From NCBI GenBank assembly GCA_934130355.1, contig CAKOXV010000002.1, positions 4,204-68,203 of the forward strand: a stretch of 64,000 nucleotides of DNA. The letters are read 5' to 3'. The position numbers were made by a program, and so were the translations under genes. Of this stretch, positions 1 to 8,909 are shown piece by piece (the stretch's first letter is position 1; each line of letters begins with the position of its first letter). Below the pieces are notes generated by a model. The model saw only the letters and a list, made by a program, of their open reading frames with translations, was not told the DNA's origin and did not search any database. Source of the stretch: an uncultured Clostridia bacterium (GTDB lineage Bacteria > Bacillota > Clostridia > TANB77 > CAG-508).

Positions 1-43
1 TGTATGATTTTCCAATTCGTACAATTTATTGAACTTTGAAATA

Positions 44-52
44 TGGTATAAT
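44..52 (+). promoter_or_regulatory. Candidate extended -10 promoter (TGgTATAAT) for the leader and liaF-like operon
   Basis: TGGTATAAT at 44-52. No good -35 at 17 bp, since TTGAAC at 29-34 is only 12 bp away. About 270 nt of leader precede the first CDS. Confidence 0.35.
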
Positions 53-130
53 GATGGCAGTGAACGGATGTGGACGGTGTCCACAATTTGTCCACAGTAG
101 AGAAATATTTATAATATAAATAGTACGGAT

Positions 131-208
131 AATACAAATAATATAGATGTTACCTAGTCTGGAAAAGCCTGAAATACAGGTAATATTATAAATACAAATA
201 ATACAGAT
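131..208 (+). repeat. Two 18-nt direct repeats AATACAAATAATAYAGAT (131-148 and 191-208), 60 bp apart, in the leader
   Basis: Read directly from the sequence. One mismatch (T/C) between the copies. Confidence 0.8.
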
Positions 209-319
209 AATATGGGAGTACAAAGTTTTTGCCGGAAGCGGGAAAAAGTACAAGAATTGTTGTGGAAAAAACTTGTAAAACAAATGAAAAAGATTGTAAA
301 TAGAAGGGAGAAATAAAAA

Positions 320-1003
320 ATGAAAAAAATTGAAAACATAATATGGGGAGTAGTTTTAATAATTGTAGGATTAATAATAGGAGGAAATGCATTAGGAATT
401 ACTAATATAGACATATTTTTTGATGGTTGGTGGACAGTATTTATTATAATACCATGTTTAATAGGATTATTTAAAGATACTGAAAAAACAGGAAGTTTAA
501 TAGGTTTAATAATAGGTATAGTATTACTTTTAGGATGTCAAGATATTTTGAATTTTGACTTGATATGGAAATTAGCATTCCCTACAATCTTAGTAATACT
601 TGGTTTATCAATTATTTTTAAAGATACACTTGGTGGAAAAGTGGGAGATGAAATAAAAAAACTAAATGCAAAGAGAAATGGAGAAAATTCATATTGTGCA
701 ACATTTGCAGGACAAAATGCAAAATTTGATGGCGAAGAATTTACAGGAGCAGATTTAACTGCTGTATTTGGTGGAGTTAAATGTGATTTAAGAAATGCAA
801 TTATAAATTCAGATGTAGTAATAAATGCAAACAGTACATTTGGAGGAATAGAAATATATGTTCCATCAAATGTGAAAATAAAAATTAAATCAATGCCTAT
901 ATTTGGAGGAGTCGATAATAAGGCAAATACGAAAACAGATGAAAACAGCCACACGATCTATATAAACAGCACAACAATATTTGGAGGTGTTGAAATAAAA
1001 TGA
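320..1003 (+). CDS. LiaF-like membrane protein (cell wall-active antibiotics response protein, C-terminal beta domain)
   Basis: N-terminal TM helices. C-terminal ...FGGVKCDLRNA...FGGIEIYVP...PIFGGV... repeats typical of the LiaF/DUF2154-type domain. RBS GGGAG upstream. Confidence 0.6.
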   Translation: MKKIENIIWGVVLIIVGLIIGGNALGITNIDIFFDGWWTVFIIIPCLIGLFKDTEKTGSLIGLIIGIVLLLGCQDILNFDLIWKLAFPTILVILGLSIIFKDTLGGKVGDEIKKLNAKRNGENSYCATFAGQNAKFDGEEFTGADLTAVFGGVKCDLRNAIINSDVVINANSTFGGIEIYVPSNVKIKIKSMPIFGGVDNKANTKTDENSHTIYINSTTIFGGVEIK

Positions 1004-1842
1004 CAACAGCACAAAAAGTAATAAAATATATGGCTACTGCTTTTGCAATATTTCTAGTTATTACAATAGTTTTAACAATTCTGGGTGGTGTATATTCATT
1101 ATTAACTGCACTAAAACTAATTAACAAAAAGAATAATGATGATGTAGTATTAGAAGATGTTAAAGTTATATCAAGTGATGTAAAAGAAGTATCAACATTA
1201 AAGATAGATTTGTCATGTACAAACTTGAATATCAAAGTAGGAGAAGACTTTAAAGTAGAAACTAATAATTCAAAAATAACTTTTGAAGAAAATGATGGAA
1301 GTGTAAAAATAAAAGAAGAAAATCGAAAGTGGCTAAATAGCAAAAATGTTACTAGTAATTTAATAATTTATATTCCAGAAAATATGGCACAAATTGATGA
1401 AATCAAAATATCAACAGGTGCTGGAAAAATTAATATAGAAAAATTGAATGTACAAAGTTTATATCTTGAATTAGGTGCGGGAGATGTACACATAGAAAAT
1501 GCTATAGTAACTAAAGAAGCTAAAATTGATGGCGGAGTTGGAAAAAATGAATTTAAATCTTCTGAGATTAACAATTTAAAAGCAAATTTGGGAGTTGGAG
1601 GATTCAGTTTTGAAGGCAAATTGACAGGAAAAAATAAAATAGATTCAGGTGTTGGAGCAATTGATATAAGTTTAAACGGCAAAAAAGAAAACTATACTGT
1701 TGATGTAGATAAAGGAATAGGTAATATTACAATTGATGGACAAAAAGTTGAAAAAGAAGGAACTTATGGAAATGGTGAAAACTACATTGAGATTGATGGC
1801 GGAATAGGAGAAATAAAATTAAATTACAATGAAGTTATATAA
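1000..1842 (+). CDS. DUF4097-family putative adhesin / beta-strand repeat protein, N-terminally membrane anchored
   Basis: 4-nt overlap with the upstream gene (ATGA). Repeated GxGxI/V...I motifs (GAGKINIE, GAGDVHIE, GVGAIDIS, GIGNITID, GIGEIKL) as in DUF4097 proteins that pair with LiaF-like genes. Confidence 0.55.
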   Translation: MTTAQKVIKYMATAFAIFLVITIVLTILGGVYSLLTALKLINKKNNDDVVLEDVKVISSDVKEVSTLKIDLSCTNLNIKVGEDFKVETNNSKITFEENDGSVKIKEENRKWLNSKNVTSNLIIYIPENMAQIDEIKISTGAGKINIEKLNVQSLYLELGAGDVHIENAIVTKEAKIDGGVGKNEFKSSEINNLKANLGVGGFSFEGKLTGKNKIDSGVGAIDISLNGKKENYTVDVDKGIGNITIDGQKVEKEGTYGNGENYIEIDGGIGEIKLNYNEVI

Positions 1843-1846
1843 AAGT

Positions 1847-1871
1847 AAAAGAGCTATTAAATAGCTCTTTT
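1847..1871. terminator. Bidirectional hairpin terminator AAAAGAGCTAT-TAA-ATAGCTCTTTT
   Basis: Perfect 11-bp arms with A/T runs on both sides, between convergent genes. Confidence 0.7.
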
Positions 1872-1873
1872 AT

Positions 1874-2086
1874 TTATTCGTTGTCTTGTTTTTCCTCTTC
1901 TTCTTTTTCTTTTTCTTTTTCCTTCTTTTCACCAGGGATTATAATGTTTTTTGGATTTTGATCTTTTGTTTTTGGTTTTGCAGCATTAATATGCTCATAA
2001 ACAGGAGATATCTCTAGATTAGAACCATCTCCACTAATTACTTCAATTTCTTTTTTATTTTCATCATTATCAGCCATAATAGACAC
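1874..2086 (-). CDS. Small hypothetical protein with a KE-rich acidic C-terminus
   Basis: 70-aa ORF with an AAGGAG RBS upstream of the ATG. No recognisable family. Confidence 0.45.
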   Translation of the reverse strand: MSIMADNDENKKEIEVISGDGSNLEISPVYEHINAAKPKTKDQNPKNIIIPGEKKEKEKEKEEEEKQDNE

Positions 2087-2172
2087 TCCTTATTCACTTT
2101 TTTTCATCTTATCACAAAAATAAATAAAAGTAAACAAGAATTCATAAAAAATCTTACTAGAGTTAATAGTTT

Positions 2173-2537
2173 AATTATATAACTTAGCTCAAGAGGCTTT
2201 ATGATACCATTGCAACCATACATATATATTAAATAAGGGAAAATTTTGTGCATCTAAACTTGAGTATAGAAAATCTTAAAGTACATACCCGAGGAATGCT
2301 CACGTCAAAAATGAATATATTACTATTCCATGGCAAAAACATAGCTGGGGTCTTCGTCGGGGGTCTTTGCCTTATTACATAGTAACATATTCATTTTTGG
2401 ACTAAGTGAGAGAGGCTCGGGTTGTACTTTTAGATTTTCTATACTCAAGTTTAGCTTGTCCAAAATTTGGAATGACTTTAATATATATGTATGGTTGCAA
2501 TGGTATCATAAAGCCCCTTGAGCTAAGTTGTATGATT
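2173..2537. repeat. Nested-palindrome element, copy 1 (about 365 bp, same orientation as copy 3)
   Basis: Left arm AATTATATAACTTAGCTCAAGAGGCTTTATGATACCATTGCAACCATACATATATATTAA pairs with right arm TTAATATATATGTATGGTTGCAATGGTATCATAAAGCCCCTTGAGCTAAGTTGTATGATT. The inner sequence is homologous to the copies at 21971, 41743 and 46280. Confidence 0.9.
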
Positions 2538-2648
2538 AGACCACTAACTAGTAACAAAAAAACTTAATATTATCAAGTAAATCTTGACATAAAGTGGAAA
2601 ACGTGAGAAAATATAAAAAGCAAAAAATCAAGAGAAGTAGGGATATAA

Positions 2649-3263
2649 ATGGAAAAGCAAAAAATAAAAGCCATAATTGAAGCAATACTTTTTTCAGCAG
2701 GAAGAATTGTAACACAAGAAGAATTAATACTAGCTTTGGAAATTGAACAAAATGAGATTGAAAAAATAATCAAAGAGATGCAACAAGAATTTGAAGCAAG
2801 AGGAATTGAAATAATCAAAGTAGAAAATGGGTATCAATTATGTACCAAAAAAGAATATTATGAATATGTATATCCAATTATAGATAAAAGGGCAAAACCT
2901 AATTTGTCAACAGCAGCACTAGAAACACTTGCAATAATTGCATATAATCAAAGAACAACAAAAGCAGAAATAGAAGCAATTAGAGGTGTAAGTAGTGATG
3001 GAACAATTTATAAACTTTTAGATTATGGGTTAATAGAAGATGCAGGAAAAGCTGATTTGCCAGGAAGACCGATTACATATAAAACAACAGCCGAATTTTT
3101 AAAAATGTTCGGATATGAAACATTAGCAAATTTACCAGAACTACCGAAATACAAGCTAGATGCTAATAGACAAATTGTTATAGATGAGTTAATTGAAAAT
3201 GAAGGCTTAATGCCTAATGAAGAAGATGAAAATAAGGAAGAATTAATAAAAGGAGAAGAGTAA
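2649..3263 (+). CDS. scpB: Segregation and condensation protein B
   Basis: AIIEAILFSAG...LSTAALETLAIIAYNQRTTKAEIEAIRGV... matches the ScpB winged-helix pattern. About 200 aa. Confidence 0.85.
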   Translation: MEKQKIKAIIEAILFSAGRIVTQEELILALEIEQNEIEKIIKEMQQEFEARGIEIIKVENGYQLCTKKEYYEYVYPIIDKRAKPNLSTAALETLAIIAYNQRTTKAEIEAIRGVSSDGTIYKLLDYGLIEDAGKADLPGRPITYKTTAEFLKMFGYETLANLPELPKYKLDANRQIVIDELIENEGLMPNEEDENKEELIKGEE

Positions 3264-3266
3264 GAA

Positions 3267-4706
3267 ATGGAAGATAGCAAAAATTTTGTAAAAGAAATAA
3301 CAAACATAGATGAAAATTTTGCACAATGGTATACAGATATAGTTCTAAAAGCAGAACTTGCAGATTATACAGATACTAAAGGATGTATAGCAATAAGACC
3401 ATATGGATATGCAATTTGGGAAAATATACAAAATTATACAGATAAAAAATTTAAAGAAACAGGAGTAAAAAACACATATTTTCCAGTATTAATACCAGAA
3501 AGCTTATTACAAAAAGAAAAAGATCATGTTGAAGGATTTGCACCAGAAGTTGCTTGGGTAACAGAAGCAGGTGGAGAAAAATTAGATGAAAGATTATGTG
3601 TAAGACCAACATCAGAGACAATAATAACAACAATGTACTCAAAATGGCTAAAATCATGGAGAGATTTACCATTTGTATATAATCAATGGTGTAGTGTATT
3701 GAGATGGGAAAAGGAGACAAGACCATTTTTACGTTCAAGAGAATTCTTATGGCAAGAAGGACATACAATACATGAAACAGCTAAAGAAGCACAAGAAAGA
3801 ACATTACAAATGTTAGATATATATGCAGATGTTGCTGAAAACCTTTTGGCTATACCAGTAATAAAAGGAATAAAAACAGAATCTGAAAAATTTGCTGGTG
3901 CTGATGAGACATATACAATTGAAGCAATGACTTATGATGGAAAAGCATTACAATCAGGAACATCACATTATTTTGGACAAAACTTTACAAAACCATTCAA
4001 TGTATCTTTCCAAAATAGAGATGGAAAGCAAGAACATGCATATCAAACATCATGGGGAATGTCAACAAGACTAATAGGAGCATTAATAATGGCACATGGT
4101 GATAATAGGGGATTAAAATTACCACCAAGAGTAGCTCCAATACAAGTAGCGTTAGTACCAGTTGCAATGCATAAAGAAGGTGTAAAAGAAAAAGCACAAG
4201 AAATATATAATGAGTTAAAAAATAAATATAGAATAGAATTAGATGACAGAGAAAAAGTATCACCAGGATATAAATTTAATGACTGGGAAATGAGAGGTGT
4301 TCCATTAAGAATAGAAATGGGACCAAGAGATATCGAAAACGGAGTTTGTGTTCTAGTTAGAAGAGACACAAATGAAAAAATTGAAGCAAAATTAACAGAA
4401 TTGGACTCAAAGGTAGGAGAGATTTTGGAATTAATACAACAAAATATGTATGATGTTTGTAAAAAAAGAATGGAAGAAAAAACTACAATAGCGCATAATT
4501 TGGAAGAATTCCAAGAAAATATAAACAAAGAACAAGGATTTATAAAAGCAATGTGGTGTGGTTCTGCAGAATGTGAAACTAAAATAAAAGAATTAACAGC
4601 AGCAAAATCAAGATGTATGCCATTTGAACAAGAACATATTGATGATGTATGTGTATGTTGTGGAAAGCCAGCTGATAAGATGGTTATTTGGGGCAGACAA
4701 TATTAA
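3267..4706 (+). CDS. proS: Proline--tRNA ligase (archaeal/eukaryotic-like short form, about 480 aa)
   Basis: FAQWYTDIVLKAELADY...IRPYGYAIWE... plus class II motifs, and a C-terminal CxxC...CxxC zinc motif. Confidence 0.9.
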   Translation: MEDSKNFVKEITNIDENFAQWYTDIVLKAELADYTDTKGCIAIRPYGYAIWENIQNYTDKKFKETGVKNTYFPVLIPESLLQKEKDHVEGFAPEVAWVTEAGGEKLDERLCVRPTSETIITTMYSKWLKSWRDLPFVYNQWCSVLRWEKETRPFLRSREFLWQEGHTIHETAKEAQERTLQMLDIYADVAENLLAIPVIKGIKTESEKFAGADETYTIEAMTYDGKALQSGTSHYFGQNFTKPFNVSFQNRDGKQEHAYQTSWGMSTRLIGALIMAHGDNRGLKLPPRVAPIQVALVPVAMHKEGVKEKAQEIYNELKNKYRIELDDREKVSPGYKFNDWEMRGVPLRIEMGPRDIENGVCVLVRRDTNEKIEAKLTELDSKVGEILELIQQNMYDVCKKRMEEKTTIAHNLEEFQENINKEQGFIKAMWCGSAECETKIKELTAAKSRCMPFEQEHIDDVCVCCGKPADKMVIWGRQY

Positions 4707-4802
4707 TGCTAATTATGAATATTTTGTGAAAACAGTTGTAAAAAAAACAAAAAATTGATATACTTAAACTGATTAAATTTTGTTGAAAGGAAAGTGATTT
4801 TA

Positions 4803-5249
4803 ATGGAAGAAAATCAAGAAGAAAAAAAAGACAAAATAATAGAAATTGAAGAAAATACAGATGGAGCAAACGAAGGAATTAAAATTTCAAATGATGTTGT
4901 TGCTGTAATAGCTGGTGTTGCTGTATCAGAAGTACCAGGTGTAGCAGATATGTCAGGAGGATTTGCTGGAGGAATTTCAGAAGTATTAAGTGGGAAAAAG
5001 AACTTGTCAAAAGGAATCAAAGTAGATGCAAATGAAAAAGAAGTGAAAATAGATGTAAACATTATTGTAGAATATGGTTCAAGAATCCCAGATGTTGCTT
5101 ATGAAATTCAAAACAGAGTAAAAAAATCAGTTGAAAGCATGACAGGATTAAAAGTATCAGAAGTAAATGTTCATGTTCAAGGAGTAAGAACAGAAAAAGA
5201 CAATGATGAAGAAATACTAGAGGAGAACGAAAAAGAAGATAAAGAATAA
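4803..5249 (+). CDS. Asp23/Gls24 family envelope stress response protein
   Basis: ISNDVVAVIAGVAVSEVPGVADM... is the Asp23 signature. I prefer ATG 4803 (RBS GAAAGGAAAG 8 nt upstream) over the track start GTG 4794. Confidence 0.85.
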   Translation: MEENQEEKKDKIIEIEENTDGANEGIKISNDVVAVIAGVAVSEVPGVADMSGGFAGGISEVLSGKKNLSKGIKVDANEKEVKIDVNIIVEYGSRIPDVAYEIQNRVKKSVESMTGLKVSEVNVHVQGVRTEKDNDEEILEENEKEDKE

Positions 5250-5266
5250 GAAATGGAGAAACAAAG

Positions 5267-5821
5267 ATGAAATTTTTAGAAAGATTTACATTAGTTATAT
5301 ATTCACTAATAATATTAATATTATCAGTAATAACATGTTTATTAATTTTTAATTGGATTAGTTTTGGAACTATAACAGAAATGGTTTATGCACTACTAAC
5401 AGGAGTTATATCATCAAAAATAGCATTAGGAGTATGTGTAGTATTTATACTTTTATCAATTAAATGTATGTTTTTTGATGAGGGAAGCAAAGAAGATTTA
5501 AAAAATTCACAAGGAATATTTTTAAAAAATGAAAATGGACAATTAATGATTTCAAAAGAAACTATTGAAAATGTAGTAAAAAATACAGTTACAGGATTCG
5601 AAAATGTAAAACAATGTAACACTAAAATTGATGTAAATGAAGAAAATCAATTAAAAGTAACATTATTCTTAACAGTAAATGGAAACGTTGTAATAAAAGA
5701 ACTTGCAAGCAACTTACAATCAAAAATTAAAACTCAGATCAAACAAATAGTAGACTTAGATGTTAATGAAGTAAATGTTAAAATTATGGAACTTCAGGAA
5801 AACAAGAAAACAGAAAAATAA
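5267..5821 (+). CDS. amaP: Alkaline shock response membrane anchor protein AmaP-like
   Basis: Two N-terminal TM helices. Positioned directly after asp23, as in asp23-amaP operons. Confidence 0.55.
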   Translation: MKFLERFTLVIYSLIILILSVITCLLIFNWISFGTITEMVYALLTGVISSKIALGVCVVFILLSIKCMFFDEGSKEDLKNSQGIFLKNENGQLMISKETIENVVKNTVTGFENVKQCNTKIDVNEENQLKVTLFLTVNGNVVIKELASNLQSKIKTQIKQIVDLDVNEVNVKIMELQENKKTEK

Positions 5822-5852
5822 TTGCCAACAGGCAAGAATAGGATGATAGAAT

Positions 5853-6056
5853 ATGGAAGATATTAAAAATTTTGTAACAAAACATATAGGAGCAATCATT
5901 GGACTAATAGTTGCTATACTAATATTATGCACAAAGTTATATGACTTAATATTAGGAATAGTTGTACTATTACTAGGCGCAATTGTGGGAAATTATGTTC
6001 AACAAAACAAAGATGAAGTAAAAGAAAAATTAAAAAATTTTATTGATAGACTATAA
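5853..6056 (+). CDS. DUF2273-type small integral membrane protein
   Basis: 67 aa with two TM segments. Third gene of the conserved asp23 cluster. Confidence 0.5.
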   Translation: MEDIKNFVTKHIGAIIGLIVAILILCTKLYDLILGIVVLLLGAIVGNYVQQNKDEVKEKLKNFIDRL

Positions 6057-6073
6057 AAGAATGGAGTAGAAAA

Positions 6074-6487
6074 ATGAAAAGGTCAGCAATTAGAGAATTA
6101 ACATTTAGACTAATATATAGTTTAGAAATTCAAAAAACAGAGGATTTAGAAGAACAGATAGAGCTATATTTAGAATGTAATGAAGTAGAAGATGAAGAAG
6201 CAAAAGAATATATAAGAAATGCAATATTTGGAATAAAAGAAAATAATGAAGATATACAAGGTTTAATAGAAAAGAATCTAAAAGCTGATTGGAAAATAGA
6301 TAGGATATCAAAAATAGACTTAAGCCTATTAAAACTTGCAATATATGAAATAAAATACAAAAAAATTCCATATAAAGTTGCTATTAATGAATGCTTGGAA
6401 TTGTCAAAAAAATATGGAGAGGAAAGTTCTAAAAATTTCGTAAATGGAATATTAGCAAGTGTTGTAAAAGAAGAAATAGGAGATTAA
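6074..6487 (+). CDS. nusB: Transcription antitermination factor NusB
   Basis: [16 protein letters not shown]...[18 protein letters not shown]...[12 protein letters not shown]...FVNGILA is the NusB pattern. It precedes xseA, as in many Firmicutes. Confidence 0.85.
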   Translation: MKRSAIRELTFRLIYSLEIQKTEDLEEQIELYLECNEVEDEEAKEYIRNAIFGIKENNEDIQGLIEKNLKADWKIDRISKIDLSLLKLAIYEIKYKKIPYKVAINECLELSKKYGEESSKNFVNGILASVVKEEIGD

Positions 6488-6490
6488 CAA

Positions 6491-7678
6491 ATGAAATATA
6501 ATGCAGTAACAGTAACACAATTAAATAAATACATAAAAGATAGATTTGAAGAAGACGAAAACTTAAATGCAATATTAGTAAAAGGAGAAATTTCCAATTT
6601 TAAAAACCATTACACAGGACATCTATATTTTACATTAAAAGACGAAAATTCGTTAATAAAATGTATAATGTTTAAAAGCTATGCTGAAAGGCTAGCTTTT
6701 AAACCAAAAGATGGAATGAAAGTAATGGTTTTTGGCGCTGTATCAGTTTTCGAAAGAGATGGAGTATATCAGATATATGCTAAATCTATGCTAGAAGATG
6801 GAATGGGAGATTTGCATGAACAATTTGAACAATTAAAAGCAAAACTAGAAAAAGAGGGGCTTTTTGCGCAAGAACATAAAAAAGCAATTCCATTATATCC
6901 TAAAGTAGTTGGTGTATTAACATCACAAACAGGAGCAGTAATAAGAGATATAATAAATGTATCAACAAGAAGAAATCCAAATGTTAATATTAGATTACTT
7001 CCGGTACCAGTTCAAGGACCTGGTGCGGCAGAACAAATTGCAGAAAAAATAAAAATAATGAATAAACTGAAATTAGCAGATGTAATAATTATTGGACGTG
7101 GAGGTGGTTCACTTGAAGACTTGTGGCCATTTAATGAAGAGATTGTTGCAAGAGCAATATATGAATCAGAACTTCCGATAATTTCTGCTGTAGGACATGA
7201 AACAGATTTTACGATTGCAGATTTTGTTGCGGATTTAAGAGCACCAACGCCTTCTGCAGCAGCAGAACTAGCAGTGCCAGATGTTTATGAATTAAAACAA
7301 AAAATTAGAAATGAACAAAATAAATGTAGGATTCTTCTAAAAAAACAAATAGAAATTATGAAATTAAGATATGAAAAATGCATGAAATCACGAGCATTTA
7401 CAGATCCAATGAGAAGAATAAGAGAAAATGCAGTTATTTTAGATACTAATATTCAAAAATTAGAAAATAAAATCAAAAACATAGAAAAAGATAATAAAAC
7501 AAAATATGTAAAATTAGTAGCAAAATTAGATACATTAAGCCCTTTAAAGACTTTGACAAGAGGGTATACACTAACAGAAAAAGATAATAAAATAGTAAAA
7601 AGTGCAAAAGAATTAAAACAAGGTGATGAAATTAAAATTAGATTTTTTGATGGCGAAAGACCAGCAAAATGCATGTAA
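6491..7678 (+). CDS. xseA: Exodeoxyribonuclease VII large subunit
   Basis: VTQLNKYIKDRFE...GEISNFK...GHLYFTLKD...IGRGGGSLEDLWPFNEE...SAVGHETDFTIADFVAD is the XseA signature. Confidence 0.9.
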   Translation: MKYNAVTVTQLNKYIKDRFEEDENLNAILVKGEISNFKNHYTGHLYFTLKDENSLIKCIMFKSYAERLAFKPKDGMKVMVFGAVSVFERDGVYQIYAKSMLEDGMGDLHEQFEQLKAKLEKEGLFAQEHKKAIPLYPKVVGVLTSQTGAVIRDIINVSTRRNPNVNIRLLPVPVQGPGAAEQIAEKIKIMNKLKLADVIIIGRGGGSLEDLWPFNEEIVARAIYESELPIISAVGHETDFTIADFVADLRAPTPSAAAELAVPDVYELKQKIRNEQNKCRILLKKQIEIMKLRYEKCMKSRAFTDPMRRIRENAVILDTNIQKLENKIKNIEKDNKTKYVKLVAKLDTLSPLKTLTRGYTLTEKDNKIVKSAKELKQGDEIKIRFFDGERPAKCM

Positions 7679-7692
7679 ATGGAGGAATTAAT

Positions 7693-8187
7693 ATGGAAGA
7701 ACAAAAGAAACAAAATTTATTAACATTAGTTATTATAGTTTTATCAATAGTAATATTATCACTATCATTATATACAACAATTATTTTGTTTGTATATGAA
7801 GGTGAAAGAAAAATTAACAACAATAAACAACCACAAGATAATTTAGAGACACCAATTCAAAAAGAAAATCAAATAGAAAACGAACCAAAAGATGATACAC
7901 CAGAAGAACCAAAAAATGAAGAACAAAAACCAGAAGAAACAAAACCAGAAAATCCTGAAAAAGATTATATTGGAGAAGAGGAAAACACATCAAAAGATAA
8001 TCAAACACAATCAAAAGATGAAAAAGCAATAGAACTTGTAAAAGAAAAGTATGGAAATGATGATTCTGTAACATTTAGCATAGAACAAATAAATGGAACT
8101 AAATATTATGTAGCAGTAAAGAGTGAGGAAACAGAAACAGTATGGTATGAAGTAGATACAGAAACATGGGAAGTCAGTGAATACTAG
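7693..8187 (+). CDS. Hypothetical membrane-anchored protein with a PE/K-rich linker
   Basis: ATG 7693 follows RBS GGAGGA (the track start 7669 lies inside xseA). One TM helix, then a low-complexity acidic region. Confidence 0.45.
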   Translation: MEEQKKQNLLTLVIIVLSIVILSLSLYTTIILFVYEGERKINNNKQPQDNLETPIQKENQIENEPKDDTPEEPKNEEQKPEETKPENPEKDYIGEEENTSKDNQTQSKDEKAIELVKEKYGNDDSVTFSIEQINGTKYYVAVKSEETETVWYEVDTETWEVSEY

Positions 8188-8204
8188 AAAATGGAGGAAA
8201 CAAA

Positions 8205-8426
8205 ATGAATAATGATAATTTTGAAGAAGCAATGAAGAATTTAGAAAACATAGTAAATGAATTAGAAAATGGAAATTTAAATCTTGATGAAGCAGTAAAA
8301 AAATTTGAAGAAGGAATGAATATTGCCAAAAAATGCAATACAATTTTAGAAAATGCAGAGAAAAAAATTACTATTCTTCTAGAAAAAGATGGAGAATTAA
8401 AAGAAGAAAATTTTGATGCAGAATAA
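8205..8426 (+). CDS. xseB: Exodeoxyribonuclease VII small subunit
   Basis: FEEAMKNLENIVNELENGNLNLDEAVKKFEEGM is the XseB signature. 73 aa. Confidence 0.85.
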   Translation: MNNDNFEEAMKNLENIVNELENGNLNLDEAVKKFEEGMNIAKKCNTILENAEKKITILLEKDGELKEENFDAE

Positions 8427-8446
8427 TATAAGAAAGGTAAATTTAA

Positions 8447-8887
8447 ATGAATAATTTTCAAAAAATAATAACTAACAAATATTTATATGTACCATTAGTT
8501 GTATGGTTCTGCATACAATCATTTAAAGTGATATATGAATTATTTAAAACAAAGAAATTCAATTTTAAAAGAATAATAGGTGCAGGAGGTATGCCAAGCT
8601 CACATACAGCAGTAGTAACAACTTTATCTGCAATGCTTGGAAAAAGCCAAGGATTTGATACTCCGATATTTGCAATGTCAGTAATATTTGCATTAGTAGT
8701 AATGTATGATGCTGCTGGAGTTAGAAGAGCAGCTGGAAAGCAAGCACATCTATTAAATAAAATAATAGAAACACCAGGACTTTCAAATGTAGAAGTTCAA
8801 GAAAAATTGGTAGAAGTTTTGGGACATACACCTTTACAAGTTATAGTTGGTGCAATTATAGGAATAACAGTAGGATTATTAGTATAA
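8447..8887 (+). CDS. Divergent PAP2 family membrane protein (DUF212)
   Basis: GGMPSSHTAVV...MYDAAGVRR...GHTP motifs are typical of the family. Confidence 0.75.
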   Translation: MNNFQKIITNKYLYVPLVVWFCIQSFKVIYELFKTKKFNFKRIIGAGGMPSSHTAVVTTLSAMLGKSQGFDTPIFAMSVIFALVVMYDAAGVRRAAGKQAHLLNKIIETPGLSNVEVQEKLVEVLGHTPLQVIVGAIIGITVGLLV

Positions 8888-8909
8888 TATAAAGCAATAG
8901 GAGGGTAAA

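Noticed and set aside
1-9. The window starts with TGTATGATT, identical to the last 9 nt of the right terminus of palindromic copy 1 (AAGTTGTATGATT). This could be the end of a fifth copy lying upstream of the window.
   Set aside because: Only 9 nt are visible. That is too short to distinguish from chance in AT-rich DNA.
3200-3270. An expected T-box leader upstream of proS and an L-box (lysine riboswitch) upstream of asd-dapA.
   Set aside because: proS starts 3 nt after scpB with no leader. The asd upstream region is occupied by the palindromic element, and I could not find the conserved L-box or T-box sequence features there.
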